From Octopus sinensis (Eukaryota): a DNA stretch of 64,000 bases. Position 1 is the first letter of the stretch; every line of letters begins with the position of its first letter. The notes under the pieces are model-generated. The model saw only the letters and a list, made by a program, of their open reading frames with translations, was not told the origin of the DNA and did no database searches. Made by a program: the position numbers and the translations under genes. Where the stretch lies: positions 64,232,001 to 64,296,000 of the forward strand of contig NC_043006.1 of the NCBI RefSeq assembly GCF_006345805.1, in the 5' to 3' direction. Below are positions 60,207-64,000 of the stretch, in pieces.

Positions 60207-60795
60207 GGTTTCTAGCATTGGCACAAGGACTAGAATTTGACTGGTATTTAATTTATTGACCCTGAGAAGATGAAAGGCAAAGTCAATCATGGGGGAATTT
60301 GAATAATAATAAAATAAATATAATTACAGGAAGGGCATTTGGCTGTAGAAAATTTGCCTCAATGAAATTCTTCCCGAGCTATGCAAACAAGGCAAAGCAG
60401 TCATCAAAACAAAGATGATGACTGATGTGGAGAAAAAAGAAGTTGACAGAGAAGTGAGAGGATTCTTATAAAGAGCAAACCTCATTAACATAGAAATATT
60501 CTTTTCTACTCTAGGCACAAGGCATGAAATTTGGGGGTGGGTGGGGGCCAGTCGATTACTTCGACCCGCATACCTAACTAGCACTTAATTTATTGCTTCC
60601 AAAAGGATGAAAGGTAAAGCCGACCTTGGCAGAATTTGAACTCAGAACATAAAGACAGACGAAATACAGCTAAGCATTTCGTCTGGCATGCTAATGTTTC
60701 TGCCAGCTCGCTGCCTTATTAACCTAGAACTATAATCCTATAAATTTTTTTTTTTTTAAACTGTCCCCAAGTTTACGGTCAAGTAGATCACTTAC

Positions 60796-60887
60796 TCTTA
60801 ACTCTGCTTTATAACCACAGATTTTCTTCTTCTTCAGCAAGTTCACCTCTTCATCCTGTGTTGTTTCGGCTGTGTTGTCATCGGCAA
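60796..60887 (-). CDS. WDR12: WDR12 exon (92 nt; acidic/basic insertion with KKKK NLS-like run)
   Basis: gcttttccAG..GTaagt. (V)ADDNTAETTQDEEVNLLKKKKICGYKAELR; phase 1 in, phase 0 out. Confidence 0.88.
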
Positions 60888-62540
60888 CTGGAAAAGCAAA
60901 GACATTATTACAATCTGTTGTTATTATCGTTATTAGAGGATAATGGCTTAGCATAAATGATAGAACAACAGGGAAATACTCAGAAGTATTCAGTTAAGTG
61001 CCTGTTTTTGTTCTAAGTTCAGTTCCTACTGCAGTACACCTTCACCATCATCCTTTCTGGGGTTATTAAAAGAAAGAATTGGAATATTAATGTAACTCTC
61101 TCTATACATTTCACCATCAACAGTATTGTTGTTCCAACGTCCACTTTTCCATGCTTGCATGGGTCAGAAGGAGTTTATTGATGCAGATTTTCTGTTGCCA
61201 GATGCCTTTCCCGTCACAAACCCTCATCTATTTCCAAATAAGGTAATAGTTCCTGATGGCTAGACATGTTTTTTTGCAGAATATTGGAAATGCATGGCAT
61301 TTATTTACAATAATCACACAATGATAAGATAAGGAGACACAAACACACAACAGGCTTCTTATAGTTTCCATCTACCAAATTCACTCACAAGGGCCAATGG
61401 TCAACCTGAGACCCTTGCAGAAGACACATGCCCAATGTGTCACAGTGTGGGACTGAACCTGAAACCTTGCAGTTGACAAGCAAACTTCTTAACCACCTCC
61501 TCCTCCACAAACCTATGACTTTGTGCCAATGCGAGAAACTGTTATTATTAAAAAATAGTAGATGGTAGAATCAGTAGAGCATCAGGCAAAATGCTTGCAG
61601 TATTTAGTTAGATCTCTTTAGGTCCACAGTTCAATTCTCGCCTTCATTGACGTTGGTGAATCCATCATTTTCATTTATTAGGGTTTTAAATATCTGGATC
61701 AATTCAATCAACTACACTGCTCCCCACACAAATGGTATCATCATCGTTGTTTAATGTCTATGTCCTATGCTGTCAAGGGTTTGATGGTTTGACAGGATCC
61801 ACTAGTCTGAGGTCTGTGTCTGTTTCCATCATCTGTTTTGATACGGTTACTACAGCTTGATGTCCTTCCTAACACCAGTCATTTTACAGAGTGTACTGGT
61901 TGCCTTTTTTCATGCCACCAGCAATGGTGGAGTCACCAAGAAACTCACAGAAAAGACCCTTTTACAGCATTCAGAGAGATGTCAAGAGGCTAATATAGGA
62001 GGGAGGGATAGGAAGAGGTGTCTTGTAAAAGAGTTTTAAGACTACTCTAGCAGGAAAGAGAGAGGAAGTAGGGTGAAAATGAGGTGAAGTGGTTTGCATT
62101 AGGAAGGACATCCAGCCGTAGAAACTACATCAAAGCAAATAGCAGGGCTTGGTGCAGTCTTTTGGCATACCAGTTCCAGTTGAACCATCCAACCCACACC
62201 AGCATAGGAAATGGATGTTAAATGATGATGATAATGCTAAAATCCTTGTTTTACCATTCAGTTTTCCAAGCTTACATAGATGAGACAAAATTTCTCAAGG
62301 CAGATTTTATGTAGCCAAATATCATTCCTGTTGCCCACCTTCACTAGGCGGAGGACACAACTCAATGACTGCACTTTTTTCACAGAAAATTGCCAAGAAA
62401 CGACCCTGCTTATATGACAGTGACATTTGTTTACAAGTAGCTCATGAACACACACTCATACATACATACATGTATACAGGAAAGTCTTCTCTCATTTTCC
62501 ATCTACCAAATCCACTCACAATAAAACATTCATTACTAAC

Positions 62541-62586
62541 CTGTAGACCAGATTTTCAGCATATTGTCCCAGGAACCACTGCACAT
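62541..62586 (-). CDS. WDR12: WDR12 exon (46 nt); upstream exons lie beyond the window
   Basis: tatcttgcAG..GTtagt. MCSGSWDNMLKIWST plus G, matching the WDR12 motif FCSGSWDKMLKIWST. Confidence 0.9.
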
Positions 62587-64000
62587 CTGCAAGATACCAA
62601 AGAGAAATGAAATGAAATACCTAGATTAGTTGTGGTGGTGGTTGAGGTTTACATTGGCAATAATACAATGAGGAACACCAGTGGACCTTAAGGAGAAGAA
62701 AATGGAAGCTATATGTTGTTGTTTAGCCCCAGGTCAGCGAGTATTGAGCATACTTATGATCCAACCATGACCATCACAACTTTTTAGGGATATATTGAAC
62801 TAAATGTGTCATTTATATATATGCAAATGCAGAGTGCAATTTAATGGAGATTTGGTTGCTATTTCTAATAAGTTGGCTGGTTGTACAGAGAGCCTCATCA
62901 TTTAATGTAGTCATCGTTATGCAGTTGGCAACTTAATTACTCTTGTCTTAGTAACTAAGACAGGAATATTTAAGTTTGGTACATCTCAGAGATAATAAAC
63001 TACACTTAACCATGGTATTAGCTATTTACAACTACTGCCTCTGTCCTAGACAAAGGCCCATAACGGAGACAAAGTATGGCACTTTGACCCCCCCACCTCA
63101 GCAAATACACCAACAATTTGATAACTCCAACAGCCTTGATTCTCTTAAATATACTTGAAACTTTAACAACCATGTCATCTTGACAACTACCATCATAAAT
63201 TTTATCACTGCTCTCAATAGGTCCGTCATTATCAACAATACTCATCATCAGCAAGAGTGATCACGTGGTCACTTGACCTGTTAGAAAAAACAGCTAAATT
63301 TCCCTTAAGCCATACTACACCATCTTAAATAAGAATCCATTCAACACCTGAATGTCTTCTACTGTAACCTCAGGCTGACCAAATCTCTGAGAGCAAATTA
63401 TGTAGATAGAAATTAAAAAGAAACCTATTACACACACACATATATATGTGTATCCTTGTCTTCATATCACACGCTAATTGTAAACAAGTTTCACCATTAT
63501 ACAAGTGGTGATATCTGCAGTCTTCCATGAAATCATGTCCAAACTAAGGGAAAATGCTACCACGTTTAGAAACAGGTAAGGGTTAGCAACAGGAAGGGCA
63601 TCCAGCCATAGAAAATTTGCTTCAATGAACTCCATTTAACCTCTGCAATAATTAAAAATGCAGGTTAAAACAATGATGACGATATATCATCATCATTATA
63701 CGTCCACTTTTCCATGCTTGCACAGGCTGAACAGAGTCTATTGAGGCAAACTTTCTACAGCTGGATGCCCTTCCACTTGCCAACCCTTATCTATTTCCAT
63801 GCACAGTAATTATTTCCCATGGCCAGACAGGTTTTCTATGGAAGATAGCAAACAACCCTGCTTGTATGACAGTGATGCTCATTTACAACCAATACCTGAT
63901 GTATAGACAAGGGTACACAAACACACACATACATACATGCATATATGATGGACTTCTTTTAGTCTCCATTTACCAAATTCACTCACAAGGCTTTGGTTGA

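Noticed and set aside
62976-63254. 78-aa ORF as a WDR12 exon, an RT fragment or a C/D snoRNA
   Set aside because: No WDR12 similarity or splice fit; only a faint resemblance to an RT QG..LSP motif; candidate C and D boxes are ~150 nt apart without a terminal stem.

Overview
AT-rich, repeat-dense eukaryotic DNA. The SINE families and microsatellites look like those of an octopus (coleoid cephalopod); this is recognition from memory, not a search. There are two convergent protein-coding genes. (1) A ZNF106/ZFP106 orthologue on +, whose 2058-aa ORF (39103-45279) is uninterrupted and begins just after a 5'-UTR splice acceptor at 39070; a possible first exon/promoter lies ~21 kb upstream near 17.8 kb. 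(2) The last six coding exons of WDR12/Ytm1 on - (62586 to 54666); all are GT-AG, phase-consistent and join into one reading frame. The rest is transposon-derived: a frameshifted Helitron RepHel fragment with an intact 3' end, a 5'-truncated Penelope-like element (RT plus GIY-YIG), RTE, CR1-like and R4/Dong-like LINE fragments, Merlin, MULE and Tc1/mariner remnants, hAT MITEs, and several dozen SINE copies. Most notable observations: a candidate newly built in-frame alternative exon of WDR12 (SINE-derived acceptor plus a duplicated exon end and donor); a hammerhead ribozyme motif with an intact core at ~51.1 kb; the intronless ZNF106 CDS with a 17-aa repeat; and a sharp CpG-rich/CpG-poor mosaic tracking the two gene bodies, with a CTCF-like motif in the island between them. 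I see no bona fide tRNA, rRNA or CRISPR array. Repeat boundaries are approximate unless TIRs or TSDs are quoted.
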